A stretch of 64,000 bases of DNA from Takakia lepidozioides (lineage: Eukaryota > Plantae > Bryophyta). Positions within the stretch are counted from its first letter, which is position 1. Every line of letters starts with the position of its first letter. The position numbers were made by a program, and so were the translations under genes. The notes beneath the pieces are model-generated. The model was not told where the DNA came from. It saw nothing but the letters and a program-made list of their open reading frames with translations, and did no database searches. Location: contig CM060734.1 in assembly GCA_030704615.1 (NCBI GenBank), forward strand, positions 60,760,001-60,824,000. The letters are read 5' to 3'. Shown piece after piece: positions 25,665-38,579 of the stretch.

Positions 25665-26343
25665 CTGTGCAGATTGTTTTGAGATGCAAGAAGTAAACTT
25701 TCCGCTATCTATTACAGTGTGGGTTATAAGCTACACTCACCAAGCGTTAGGCAGCCGACACTATCACCCCTAAACCCATATTAGCCCATACCATCACCCC
25801 TAAACCAATATTAGCTAGAAATAGCTAGTCAGACTAATTTAGTGTCGAAAATCCTGTACAGCTTTACAGGATTAGCTAGTCAGACTAATTTAGTCGTTCG
25901 ATTCTCTCGGGGGGATGCGGATGATGGAGTTCGGGATTAAATACTGCACCGCCCAGCTTGTTTGTGGATGATGGAGCCTGCAGAGTCTGCTAAGAAAAGA
26001 TTGACAGAGGAGTACATGCTCTGCTGAAGAAACGGAAGCAATGGCGTTGGAGATAATCTTTTGACAATCCGTGCAAGCAACAATGAGCAACAAGGGACGT
26101 GTAAGCTACAAGTGAGGTTAGAATTATCTGAAGTAAACGGCCGGACATCAGGGTGGCTATTCGGCTCCCTGCTCTGAAGCAAGTTTCTACTTCTAGTCTG
26201 TGTTCTGATTGTGTGATCCAACAGGCGTTGCATGAAACAGAGTTGCAGGATTAGAAGAGTAAACGTTTCGACGTTGACAATCAGGCAGCTTGCGGAAGTT
26301 CCTGTTCTCCAAGCACTATTCTACTCCCCTCGGCTATCCTCCA
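25665..26343. promoter_or_regulatory. Short divergent intergenic region between the WD40 gene and PUR2
   Basis: Head-to-head genes with under 700 bp between coding regions. Contains two short direct duplications (atcacccctaaacc.atattagc x2; tagctagtcagactaatttagt x2). Confidence 0.5.
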
Positions 26344-27963
26344 ATGTTAAAACTTGAGACCCCTACCCCGTTGGCACTTGGTCGCTGGAGACCATCCAAC
26401 AACATAAAACCAGCTTCCCTGCAGAATTTTGTGTCACCTGGTGCTCCTGGTTTGAATGGTGGGTTCAGGGTTTATGCCAATAGCTTGTTCGCAACATTTC
26501 ATGGTGTGAACCCATTGGAAAATGTACGTAGTGCGCAACTCAATCAAAGGGGAGGTGTCTCCATCAGGGCAGAAAGAGAGGGGCCAGTGGTAGCAGGGCC
26601 TGCGTCGGCTGTCGATGACTGCAATCGGCGAGAGGGGATTGTATCGCTGGTCATCGGTGGAGGAGGGAGAGAGCATGCCCTTTGTTTCGGCCTTAAGAGG
26701 TCTGCTTCATGTGATGGAGTCTTTTGTGCTCCTGGTAACGCAGGCATTGCATCCTCTGGTGATGCCACTTGCATTGCAGATCTTGATATCACCGACAGTG
26801 CTGCAGTCATCTCCTTTTGTCAGAAATGGGGGGTGGGGCTAGTTGTAGTTGGTCCTGAAGAGCCCTTAGTGGCTGGACTGGTGGATGCTTTAGTGCACGC
26901 AGGCATTCATGCATGTGGTCCATCAGCAGCGGCTGCGAATTTGGAGAGATCCAAGGATTTCATGAAGAGGTTGTGTGACGAGTACCAGATTCCCACCGCC
27001 AACTATAGTTCTTTCACAGTAGCTGCAGATGCTAAAAGATATATCCAGGAACAAGGTGTGCCGATTGTAGTGAAAGCTGATGGCCTAGCAGCAGGCAAAG
27101 GTGTGATTGTTGCGCAGTCATTGGAGGAGGCATACGAAGCTGTGGATTCGATGCTGGTAAGGAATGAATACGGGTCCGCAGGGGAGATGGTGGTTGTTGA
27201 AGAATTTCTAGAGGGAGAGGAGGCCTCCTTTTTTGCCTTGGTTGATGGAGTAAATGTTCTCCCTTTGGCATCAGCCCAGGACCATAAGCGTGTTGGAGAT
27301 GGAGACACAGGGCCAAACACTGGGGGAATGGGAGCCTATTCGCCTGCCCCAGTGTTGAGCCCAGACCTCGAGAGGCAGATTATGGATTCAATCATCCGCC
27401 CCACTGTCAAAGGCATGGCTGACAAAGGCTGCAAGTATGTAGGAGTGTTGTATGCAGGTGTGATTATTGAGTCAAAGACGGGCATGCCAAAACTTCTGGA
27501 GTATAATGTGCGCTTTGGAGATCCCGAGTGCCAGGTTTTGGTGATGAGATTTCAGTCAGATTTAGCCCAAGTACTGTTGGCGGCCTGCAAGGGGGAGTTG
27601 AAGGGTGTCCAACTAGAATGGGCCAACTACCCTGCCTTAGTGGTTGTGTTGGCCAGTACAGGTTACCCTGGAATTTACTCTAAAGGCTCCAAGATTGGAA
27701 ACCTTGAAGAAGCAGAGCTCTGTACTCCAGGTGTGAAAGTATTTCATGCAGGTACAGCTCTTGATAAGCAAGGAAACATTGTGGCATCAGGGGGTCGGGT
27801 ACTTGGAGTTACTGCAGTCGGTAGGGACATTACCGAAGCTCAGAGAAGGGCCTATCAGGCAGTTGATGACATAGTATGGCCCGAAGGATTTTGCAGGCGT
27901 GATATTGGCTGGAGGGCTACAGCTCGGTTACAAGAAAGCCATAAGACTCAGGAGAGATGGTGA
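26344..27963 (+). CDS. PUR2: Phosphoribosylamine-glycine ligase (GAR synthetase) with a putative organellar transit peptide; single coding exon
   Basis: LVIGGGGREHAL, APGNAG, VVGPEEPL, VVKADGLAAGKGV, QDHKRVGDGDTGPNTGGMGAYSP, LEYNVRFGDPECQ, VFHAGT, GGRVL and RRDIGWRA motifs; ~95-aa N-terminal extension; first ATG at 26344. Confidence 0.97.
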   Translation: MLKLETPTPLALGRWRPSNNIKPASLQNFVSPGAPGLNGGFRVYANSLFATFHGVNPLENVRSAQLNQRGGVSIRAEREGPVVAGPASAVDDCNRREGIVSLVIGGGGREHALCFGLKRSASCDGVFCAPGNAGIASSGDATCIADLDITDSAAVISFCQKWGVGLVVVGPEEPLVAGLVDALVHAGIHACGPSAAAANLERSKDFMKRLCDEYQIPTANYSSFTVAADAKRYIQEQGVPIVVKADGLAAGKGVIVAQSLEEAYEAVDSMLVRNEYGSAGEMVVVEEFLEGEEASFFALVDGVNVLPLASAQDHKRVGDGDTGPNTGGMGAYSPAPVLSPDLERQIMDSIIRPTVKGMADKGCKYVGVLYAGVIIESKTGMPKLLEYNVRFGDPECQVLVMRFQSDLAQVLLAACKGELKGVQLEWANYPALVVVLASTGYPGIYSKGSKIGNLEEAELCTPGVKVFHAGTALDKQGNIVASGGRVLGVTAVGRDITEAQRRAYQAVDDIVWPEGFCRRDIGWRATARLQESHKTQERW

Positions 27964-28029
27964 AAGAATGAATGCAACCTTTTTAACACCTTCTGCAGGT
28001 ATGAAAATGGTCCTCTCTCTCTCTCTGTC

Positions 28030-28728
28030 TCGTTACTATTCGCCCTGTCAAACAGGCTAAGCCCTGGCAGAAGAGAGTAGAAGAGATTCTCAAGGATCTG
28101 AATCTTAATCCACAAGTCTTGACCCTGCTGGATAAATCTGACTTAGAGGCTGTAGTGTCCAAAGCCATGTCTGTTGCCAGGAAATTGTCTGATGAAAATA
28201 AAGTTAGGCAGAAAACTTTCCTGAACTTGTTTCCAGTCTGTGACATGGGGGAGGACATCATGGATGACCTCAAGGGTCTACCCACTCTTGGCACTAGACT
28301 GGAATTTAAACTCAGGGTGGGAAGCCTACCAGCAAACAGAAGCAGAGAGGAAAAGGGAGAGTGCAATTGCCCGTTGTGTCGGCAACCTGAAGACAATATT
28401 CATTTTCTGATTCACTGTCTGGGGTTCTCTCACCAGAGAGAGGCTCTCCTCAAATCTATCGTTGAGTTGTGCCTGTACCTCTGTTTACCAACTTTGAAAG
28501 TCTCGAGGCTGAGCCAAAAGCCCAGGCCCGTTTGGGGCCTAGTTATTGGGCAAACCACTCGCAGCAGATTGATGCTTGTGTGAAGGGATTTCTAGAGGAT
28601 ATCTGGAAAACCCGGATCAATTTTTTATTCCAAGGTAAGTCTTACTACCGACGTCAGCCCCTGACAGAGGTAGGTTCTGTCCCTTAGTGTTCCGCTCAAA
28701 CTGGGCGCGGCTTATGAGTACATTCTCT
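28030..28728 (+). mobile_element. 5'-truncated LINE 3' end (C-terminal zinc knuckle), preceded by (CT)n
   Basis: FKLRVGSLPAN...CPLCRQPEDNIHFLIHC...FLEDIWKTR; the 3' end cttatgagtacattctct is shared with the copies at 29905 and 36690. Confidence 0.8.
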
Positions 28729-28985
28729 TGTTAATATTGCTCTTTTCCTACCGCAAGTTCCCAGGCAGAATAGCACTTGACATGTTTGGATTTGAACTTT
28801 GCTGGATGATCCACCTGGGCCGTTCTATGAGACTTTCTACTGAGTTTATCCTGAATGTATTTGAGCTTGCACCACAAGGAAGCAGAGGCTCTGACCTACA
28901 GAAGAAGGGTCTAGCTGCTGTGATAAGAATGAAACAATTTGTCTCAGATGCATTTCTACATAGAACTGCTGTAATGGAAGTCTTT

Positions 28986-29869
28986 CTAGTGCAAAGAGTA
29001 GGGGTAAACTGCAAGGGGAAGGTTAACAATGTGCCCTGCAGTCCCGGTCCATGTTATGGACCCAAATGCAAACTGTGGATTTCTTGCTGATATGACTTTG
29101 AGAGTAACTTTGAATGAAGCTGTCTGGTTTGGTCGTATGGTGAAGGACATGGGAGATACTGTGACTGTAACAGTTGAAGCCATGGAAATTTTGGCTGTGT
29201 ATGTCTCATTGAAAGATGCTACACTAGTGACTACCCGCGTAGCATTGCGTGAACCTTGCAATTTTACTATGGTTATGTATGGCATGTTAAGATCGGATGC
29301 CCACACACTTGTAGTATTACAAGATATGTTTGTAGCCGCTTGGACCTGCATATAGACAGCAGTGATTATGAATTTTGGTCAAAAATGACTTAGAACACAT
29401 GATGCATGCTTGATTTCCTGCTTACATGTTGCAAGATAAACAGAGCTCAACTGACTAGCCAAAAGGAAGTAGGTTCTTAGCCATGTTGTCTTCAGCTGCC
29501 TAATTTTTCCCTCTCTTTTCTGACCATGGGATGCTGTCATTTTCTGGTGCAGTGCTGTGCGTATTCTTTCAAGGGAAATACTGTCTTGGTGAGCATGAAA
29601 GAAAGAGACTGCCACTGGACATCTTTTTGCTCAGGTTGAGTGTATAGGACAATTCCAAAAGTCAGAATCCTCCTTTGGTCTGTATTCTCTGGGGAATCTC
29701 TGCATCAAATTGATGCTTTTGTAGAGGGATTTCTGGAGGGAATCTTGAATGGCAGAATGTTCTTTCCACCAGGTTCTACTACTGGACCACAGCTTCAGCT
29801 CTATTAAGGGCTGCTCATCCCCCTTCCCCTTCTGATTGTTCAAACGTAGCTCGGGATCTATGGCCAGGC

Positions 29870-29907
<38 letters not shown>

Positions 29908-32900
29908 GTGTTTTGCCCAAACTGGGTGGAGGGTATATGGCCCCAAGGCTACGGCAAACAATGTCTTATGAGTACATTCTCTCTCTCTCATTTTGTGACA
30001 ATGGTTCTGCATGGATAGGTATCCCTTTCTACTCCAGTAGCCATAGGGCATTTTGCAGTATTCTTCTTTGCAACGGAAGCAAGTGTACAGTGACAACGCA
30101 CTGAAATTTTGTGTTTAAAATGGTTTTGTATAGGGAAGATTACCTGAGAGGAAGATGAGCCAGGTACTGCACACAAGAAGTTTATGTAGTCCTGGAAGCC
30201 TGCATGAATACCCACCAGCCACCCTACATTATGAACCTCCCAATGCAGGTATCTTAATTTAGGGATCTCACTCCTTGCTTAGCCCAATTTCTCCAAACAT
30301 CCTTCACATTTGTGGTCTTCAGTTGCCCTCTCCTTGTATTTATCTATTGGTGCTGATAACGACCAGCCTTCCTCAAACTCCCATCTAGGCCAATTGCTTC
30401 TGATGAATCTGTTTGAGGTTTTACAGCAAGCCCTTATTGCAAGGATACCAGGGCAGGAAGAGGACACAGACAAGTATGCTGGATAGTAACTAATATGATG
30501 TGAACTAGTACTTGGGATAATCTCCAGGGGAGAGACTCAACTCATTGTAGTACCCATCAGGGCATAGTCCCTGCAGGTTATGCATCCTCTGGGAGCTGGT
30601 TGTGGGCTTTCACCCCACCATTAGACTTAATAAAAATTACGAGGTGCTTGTGCACAACCAGCATGAGCTGGTCACAGGGAGTTGAGTGTAGCTTTAAGGG
30701 CAGACATTGACATACAAGAAGCATGAGATTTAATTTGTTGCTGCTTGTCTACTTGCAATAGATCAGATGCATTCGCACTGCCACTCACACTGTCGAGAAA
30801 GTAAAGCAGAGAAGCAAGTGGTATGTAAAATGTGTGCAGGAGGTCTGGACGACTCTTGGCACAGAGTAAAATAATGCAGCACCAGCGAACGAAAGGACAA
30901 ATCAAACCCCAAATGTTGCGTGAAGTCAGCCGGGATGAGCTCCCAATGGTATTTGCTTTTAGAGTACATACCAGCATCAAAAATGAGCCCTGGGTTGGTG
31001 GCTGCTGTTGGCTTTATTTCTCCCCCTCCCATGTCAAAAGGGGCAGCTGCTCCTACAAATCCAGTAGGAGCGGAAGGATTTGTAACAGGGTTTTGTGCTT
31101 GAATTTTCTGCCCATTGCTCCCAAGTAATGATCCTGTGGTGACAATGGCTGAGCGGATCGCAGCAGGACTCCATGAGGGGTAGAGCTGCTTTAAAATTGC
31201 GGTCACACCTGCTACATGTGGCGCGGACATGCTGGTTCCTGATAGCAGCGCAAAGCTTGCACCTACAGTCCACCATTGCCCACGACCATTGCCCATATCA
31301 AGCAGGAGCAAAGATAGGAGCAAAGATAGTCATAAAAATGCAACAAACCCCTGAGCTCAGGAGAGAGAGAGTCCACTAATGCTTACTGAAAGGAGCTCGT
31401 TGTTAGTTATGTCCCACTCAATTTCACAAGCTTACCATTGAAACCAGGATCATCGATTCCAATCGGTGTCCAAGCTCCCCAGATCTCCCATCCGGGTGCC
31501 AAAATGTCTGGTTTAAGCACATCAGCAGCTGCTCCTGTGTCTGAATTGCCGAGTGGAGGGCCTCTTCCGGAGAATCCTTGCACTACAGGTGCAACAGCCC
31601 CATATGTTGCTTGGCAGTTATTGGTAGTGTTGACAGAGATGCCAGCAGTTGCTGTTGTATTCACAAAGACGCCAGCCACCCTCACTGTATTGTTTGTGTA
31701 GTATGCATACAGAGTCTGCTCCACAGATCCCATGGCGACATATCAGGCATATCCGATCCAGTTTGGACATATTGCTAGTTGGCATCAAGCAAGAGATGTG
31801 ATTGAACCTAGATCCGTCCCAGAACTAATGGGAAGGGTGTACATATGTTTCCTGACATGCCACCAGAGTCATCTCCCATCTGTTAAGAGAGTTAAGAAAG
31901 CAAGAGTCCACAAAGGGGCAAAAGAGAGGCCTGGGACAAGGGTAAAACAAACAAGAACTACTTGAGGTACATCAAGTGTCTGTGGAGACGAAGTTCCTCA
32001 GTTGTTGGCCGTGAGGCACTTCAGATCTAAGAAGGCCTCAAGTACAGATTGGGATTCTGTGGGCTAACTCCGATTTCATGGTATGCAAGACAGGAGAACA
32101 CCTATCTATTTCTAACCTGATCTAGTGATCCATAGAGGACAACTGAATGCTAATGATTTAGGGAGCATAATACCGTAGAAGAGGAATAGTCGGTGACGAA
32201 GGCTCCTGGAACTCCAAAGGGAATGGGGTCGAAGTAGACAGGTGAGAGGGACTGCTCAAGAGTGAGTAGAATGAACCCCGTGGCATTCAAGGACTGAACG
32301 GTCTGTGCCACGCTTTGTATGGTAGCACTCCCATATTCAAAGTCATCAGTGAAGTTGCAAAGAAGGATTTTTCCGGTCACCAATGTTGCATTGAAAGCTG
32401 TGGGATCCTGGCAGTCGCATGGGGCATACACAGTGGTACCATTTAGGACTGCATCTTGCCAAGAAATCAGTTGTGTGTAGTTTGCAATGGGACCTGCAAC
32501 GTTGAATTCTGGTTAGAGCTATACTTTCAACGGGGACTCCACACCTGCAAATGCAGAATGCAAATTAGATGTCCATCTCAATTTGCAATTGGGCTCTATA
32601 CTGGAGCTTTCACAAGTTTGGAATCCACACAGTCTGATGGGTTCCGCTGTGACTGCCATTGCACTCAAAACCTTTACCTGTCAAACCAGCTCCAATGATG
32701 GTTTTGTTGTTGCCAAGGTTGACGTAGACAGGGTAATTGCGATCGGTAGAGCCAGCTCCGGTTGACAAAATCCACGGGCTCAATGAGTTTGTGGTTCCAA
32801 TGGTTGGGCCCCCATTGCCAGCAGCTTGAATCACGGCGACCCCTGCTTTCACAGCAAAGAGAAGTGCAATGTCGAAGATTCCAAAGAAGGAGATGCCCGG

Positions 32901-35900
32901 TGGAGGAGACGTCAGTGCCAGAGATAGACTTAGCACTTGGCATCCATCTGCGACAGCCTGCTCACACAATTTGATGGTGAAATGCTACGTACAATATTGA
33001 CTTTCAAGCTAAGCCAAAGGAGAGTAGCTAGATGCGAATCTTCAAAGTTAAACATGTGCTATGAATAATCATGACTGGTTCGAACAATCGATACATCCTT
33101 GTGGCTATGGAATTGGATTTTAACTACCTAGGGAAGATAGAGACAGGATCTAGACTGACCTGGTCAATGGCAGCAACAACATCCGAAACCACTCCCCCAT
33201 CTCTGAATACCGCCTTGTACATGGCCAGCCTATAAAACCAACGGCAAAATGTCGACGCTTCAGATATGAGAATCCAACTGGCCAGGAACTGTGCGAAGCT
33301 CGCTAGCGATGGCTCCAGCGGGGTCGCCGCAATTTCAAAGTGCCATGTTTTGTAGCTGATGCGATTTAATACTTTTAGTTCTTCAGGTGCGCTCATCGTT
33401 CGAATTTAGCATTCTCATGTGGTGGGTCATGGTAGGTACCTGGCACGGGGAGCTGTACCGCTTGCAATACCAAAGTTCATGTTTTGCACTGTAATATTGA
33501 CACCACCATTGCCTCCCGCCGTTGACAATGTATGGCTGCAAGATTGATCAACAAAATAGTAGTCAATACTCTGAATGCTAGCCAATCTGCAAGAATCCAC
33601 GGTAACTTCGAAGGGACCTTGGATCTCGACTTCAATGAATTCAATGGGATGGCTTCCATGATTAGTCTTCTCTGCAAGCTAAGAACTGATCCAAATAGTT
33701 CAGAATCTGTGTGATGGATGCAACCTCTGTGTACATAACAAGACCTATCAATGTCAACAAGCTGCTGGACAACTCACAGGTGTGTGGAGAGTTCAATAAC
33801 TGGGTTCAGGAATCAGGCAATCCATCACGTATGAAGTTAATCTTGATCAATATCTCACACTCTGCAAGAATGTGCCCATCTTCCAGAAGAAGAAGATTGG
33901 TCCTACTTTCTTCAGTCTTGAAACCTGAGTTTATGCTTTGTCAATTTGCGGGGGCAAGTCCCCCCGGCAAGCTGACGAAGCAGAAAAACGTTGTGACTCA
34001 AGGATATTAGTAATCTTCATCTTCTTTCTTTGTGGTGTCGATTGGTAGTATCAATGTGATGAGCAGGGAGAGAAGCTCGGAGAGAGCAGAGCGACAGACT
34101 GACCAGCCATGGCCATCGCCGTCAGCGGGAGAGGCAAAGTCGTAGAGGGGATCGAAGTAGCCGGATGCGATCATGCCATCCGCGAAGAATCGGGCACCAA
34201 TGAGCTTGAGGTTGCAGCTGCCCGCAGGGAAGTCCGTGGTCACGTTGCACGTTCCTGACCAGCCGGAAGGGATTGGTCCATAGGGGACCGTCACGTTGTC
34301 GGTGAAGGAAGGGTGGCCGGGCACCACCCCAGTGTCTACCAACCCGATGATAATGTTCTCGCCGGTGGCTCCTGTTAGATTCCATGTTCCTGAAGAGCCT
34401 GTGAGGCCCATGAACTGGGTAGAGTGGGTGGTGGATTTTCTCACCGGCTGATCAATTTCGATCCTCACTACACTGCTGGATTCGCTCAGTAATTGAACCT
34501 GCTCAAATTCGGCAAGCAGATACACGGAGATAATGAGATGGGCTGAGCTGATGGATTGACTGATCTTTAATCCATGATCTTCACTAACTGTAGACCTGTT
34601 CAAGGATGGCATGCTTCACAGCTCGAGGCTTCACTTCTGGAATCTGCATGTGCAACATTTCAGGACCATGCAGCCTTCGGAAACTCGTGGACATAGAGCC
34701 AGAAGTTGAGAAGATAAGAACTGGATTGTACAATTCATTCAAATTAGGCTCGAGTCAGCTTGCGAACTTCTGAATGGATCACATTAGTTAAGTTATAACC
34801 ACCCAGGTGTTAGCCGAAACGAAAAGGCACTGATAAATTGTATACGTGCGTGCTAATCAGCACGTGTAGACTGATGGCTGGTTTAATGAAGACAACAGTC
34901 CCACCAGGTCATCTCCTGAATGAGTTCATACGCATACTTGCTTCCTGTATAATTACAACTTAACGAGAGAATAGAAAAGCCTCAGTGATAATTTCTCTTT
35001 GCTGCAGTAAATACGAGTAACATCTCGGTGTCGTCGATCGATGAAGGAGGAGGATAATAACATCATGTCATGACATTGACCAACTGGTGAGTTTCCAGAG
35101 TTAATGGAAGCGTCCAACAAATTAATGCATTGGTAGGGAAGCACCTGAACTAGTGGGTTGCGGAGAAGAACTGCAAATCCATTGACAACCTGAACCATGC
35201 TGTAGAGCTTACGGTAACCTCCAGTGTTGGAGAGGATTCTCCTTAGAACTTGATCATGAGATTTTATCAAGGTATCTGCATACGAACTTGCTGCATGGCT
35301 GCCCAGTACCCCCAATTTACCACCACGGTTTGCTTGTAGTTCCACATGAGAATCAACAGCTCATGAATATGTGACGTATTAGGTACAACTAATCTTCAAC
35401 CAGTAGATCACAGAAACAGAAATATCTGCCCAGGGCTTTTCTCTCCTTTCTGTGCCTTCCCCGATTTCCTACGGTATCGAGCTCCTCTTCCCCTCCTTCT
35501 ATGGGCCCAGCTCTTGATTTAAAAGTCGGTCGGGACTGCTATTGTTACATAGTAGTTTCAACGACCATTTCTGATGTCCCCTGTGGATATCCTTGTATGT
35601 GCTCGAACATTGAATTCATCACGAATATCATGGCCCAGGGATCATGAACAAGAATTGTCCTAAGTTTACAGGCCTAATGATGCCCACTCTGTGCCAGCAT
35701 GAAACACTTTGTTACAATTATGGATGTCGAAACCAGTAGCTAGTGCAAGTGCAAATTGTACTTGGCAGCCTGATCAAAGTAAGTCAGAAATGAGAGGGGG
35801 AGATAGAACTCAGTGGTATAAGGTGTGTGTAAGGGATCGAATGGTGAATCACTATGATCAATAGAATAGATGAGCGCCCGAGAGATAACCGTGATCACAG

Positions 35901-36559
35901 AATATGTCGTCGGGCTATATTACGGCTGGGTCACAAATTAAACACTAGTCTAGGCTCTCTAGAACTTCACAGGCCTGACTATGCTGCATATATGAGGTCA
36001 GGGTCTGAAGGATTAGGAATGGCGCAGTACAAACAACTCTATTCAATTGCATGTCAACGTAAGCGCCACAAGCATCCATGGTTGATCACTTAGTAAGCTG
36101 CACAGCCCTAGAAAGCACAACATATCACTTCCAGGTAGAGTATAAGGGATCTGCAACTGCTGGCATGGTGTGATGATCAGAGAGCGATGGAATCGAGACG
36201 GCCCCACAAGTTCTATACATAACAATTCATATATGGATGTCCAGCCGACTATGATACATCAAAAAAGGTCATAGTTGCAAAATTAATAGGACAGAGTACC
36301 TCGGGGAGACAAGATCTGTGTCGACTTCAAATGGATTGGCTGGCTTTGACGGCGCTCCATATTGACCTACCACGGACGGACCCTTCAACTGGACCAGATA
36401 CACATTTGAGTTAAAGTTCTTTGAGGTCGTTGCTAATCCTACCACTCCTGTTACCTCATTCTGTGCACTGACTAGTATGTAGGTTGCCAGAAGGACAAAA
36501 ACTAAATTGGCTGGCAAGCGGTGTAGGTGATCGTGCCGACTAGAACAGATTTTAGGCAT
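28986..36559 (-). CDS. Subtilisin-like serine protease (SBT2-type), multi-exon
   Basis: Signal-peptide exon (36300-36559), I9 propeptide (YRKLYSMVQVVNGFAV), catalytic Asp GLVDTG and His DGDGHG|CHTLSTAGG. Also DVVAAIDQAVADG, AAGNGGP, a PA domain, KPDILAPG, catalytic Ser SGTSMSAPHVAG, and an Fn3-like last exon (DLNMPYITI...FGSITW). Some exon junctions are unresolved. Confidence 0.93.
29905..29990 (+). mobile_element. Very short 3' fragment of the (CT)n-associated LINE, inside an SBT intron
   Basis: caaactggg...caaggctacggcaaacaatgtcttatgagtacattctctctc with (CT)n on both sides. Confidence 0.7.
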
Positions 36560-36689
36560 TGTGGGACGCTCTCAATTATCAGGAGCCCTGGCTGTACGAG
36601 AAAATTATATACGCTTGTGCTCAAAACGTTGTCTCACGAAATGGGCATTATAATCGAATGTAACCCTCTCTCTCTCTCGCTCGCTCTCT

Positions 36690-36922
36690 CCAAAAGCCCA
36701 GGCCCTTTTGGGGCCTAGTTATTGGGCAAATCCCACACAGCAGATTGATACTTGTGTAAAGGGATTTCTAGAGGATATCTGTAAAACTCGGATCAATGTC
36801 TGTTCCAAGGCAAGTCATCGTCAGCATCTCACAAAGTTCCGCTCAAACTGGGCGCGGGGTCACTGGCCACAAGGCTACGGCAAACAACATCTTATGAGTA
36901 CTCTCTCTCTCTCTCTCTCTCT
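36690..36922 (+). mobile_element. 3' fragment of the (CT)n-associated LINE directly upstream of the SBT start codon
   Basis: aaaagcccaggccc...gggcctagttattgggcaaa...cttatgagtactctctc matches 28515-28728; (CT)n on both sides. Confidence 0.8.
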
Positions 36923-37729
36923 CAGACTCTCCTCCCTGAGCACAATTAGCTAGCTTGACACAACGGAGTTTCAAGAGGTTCTGATCAGCTGCTGGAACTG
37001 ACACAAAACATGTAGATCCAGGAGGTGACATGAAGCTATATATATGTGTAAATACATATTATGGAAAGGCAGCTCGAGTGCTTCTGTAGATGGCATGACG
37101 AACACGTGCCAATAATCCCTACACTTTGTTGGGCACTCAAGTTTCTTTCTTTCACTTGAGCAGGTAGCCCAGTGGTTGGGTGTTTGTGCCTTGCCTGTGC
37201 ATAACCTAGGTGATCCTGGGTTCAATCCTTCAACATGTGCCTTCAGACCGTCCATTGGGCCCTCGATGGCCTGTGTGTTGAGCAGTAGGCTCAGTAAATT
37301 CACTGGACGTTAAAGAAACTTTATCTTTATCTTTCTTTTGTTTTTCCTCGCAGAAAGGGAGCGGAGGCCTGTTACTCAACGTCACTGGAGTCGATGCAAA
37401 GCCCGAGTGTACTTGATGCAAGAGCTCCTAAATTTGTACATTTATCCGTTGTTATAAAACAAATTTTCCCCCATTATCAATGAGCTGGTAACTGCTTTGA
37501 ATGCTCTTATTAAGTTAGTGGCCAACACATTCACAACACATTCTCTGCCATGAGCACACATTAAGGGATTGTATGAACGGCTGAAATATGAAACCATTTC
37601 CACATTTTGTTTTTTGTTTTTTGGGGGTTGGGAAAAGGGAAAAAGCCCTGAAATATTTGAAATTACATTCAAGTTGAATCCATTGACTTATTTACTGAAG
37701 TAAGGAAGGCTTTGGCTGTTTACCAGTTT

Positions 37730-37965
37730 TTTTTTTTTTTTTTTCCCTGAAGCACCTGGGAGCGACAGCTCACAAATCGGGCCTCTTAATTATAGGTGAG
37801 AGGAAAAAATAACCTCTTTCAGAGTAACCTAGCCGTGAAGGCTTTGGCATGGGACACCGCCCAGGGAAGGGGGAGAAGAACATACCACAGCCATCAAGGT
37901 AGGATTTGACCCCACAATCATCTGGGTGGCACTGAGTGTACCAACTGTCGGTAATAGACCACTAT
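37730..37965 (-). mobile_element. tRNA-derived SINE
   Basis: Reverse complement of the 20890-21115 family with a poly(T) tract at 37726-37744. Confidence 0.75.
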
Positions 37966-38579
37966 AGAGTTGCTTTTTTCCAGAACAAAGTTGCTGTCCT
38001 TGCAGGAAAAAATAAATAATAATAAGAAAAATGAAAAGAAGGGAAGGGCGACGCCGGTGACACGTGAAGAGAAGAAGGCACATTCGTTTGGTGGTGGGTC
38101 ATGGCCGTGGTGGTGGCCACGTCCGTGTGGCGTCTTGCGCATGTTCGCTCTGCGTTACGCTGCCCCGCCACCACACTGCCCCTTCCAATCTGCTGACTTG
38201 CCACACTACGTAGAGCACGTTGCAATTCTGTGAGCCGAGACTGTGATACTGTGTTGATGGCATGCTTTTCATAGCAACTACCAAGACTCAGTCATGTTGA
38301 GGAGGAGAAGGGAAACATTTGGAAGACCCATACAATTCACCGTCAGTGATTCCAGGACGTGTTGGGTATCTGGGAATTTTGGCTACAAATTCTTAACAAT
38401 GGGGCCGGGCCGATCTTATCTGATATTATACCTCCCATTCAAAGTTCGGGTCGCTGGTCAATGCAATCCAATCCAACTCGCACTCAATTCCCTGCCGGGA
38501 TCCTCCATCAGACTCCAGTCCAGTAGTGTCATTTGCACAATTTGACTTTTCCAGGGATTCTCTTGAGACGTGGCTTACT

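Noticed and set aside
26290-27963. Recent bacterial HGT or contamination of purD
   Set aside because: It has a long transit-peptide-like extension and plant-type sequence (FCAPGNAGI, FFALVDG, DIGWRA), and is contiguous with intron-containing plant genes
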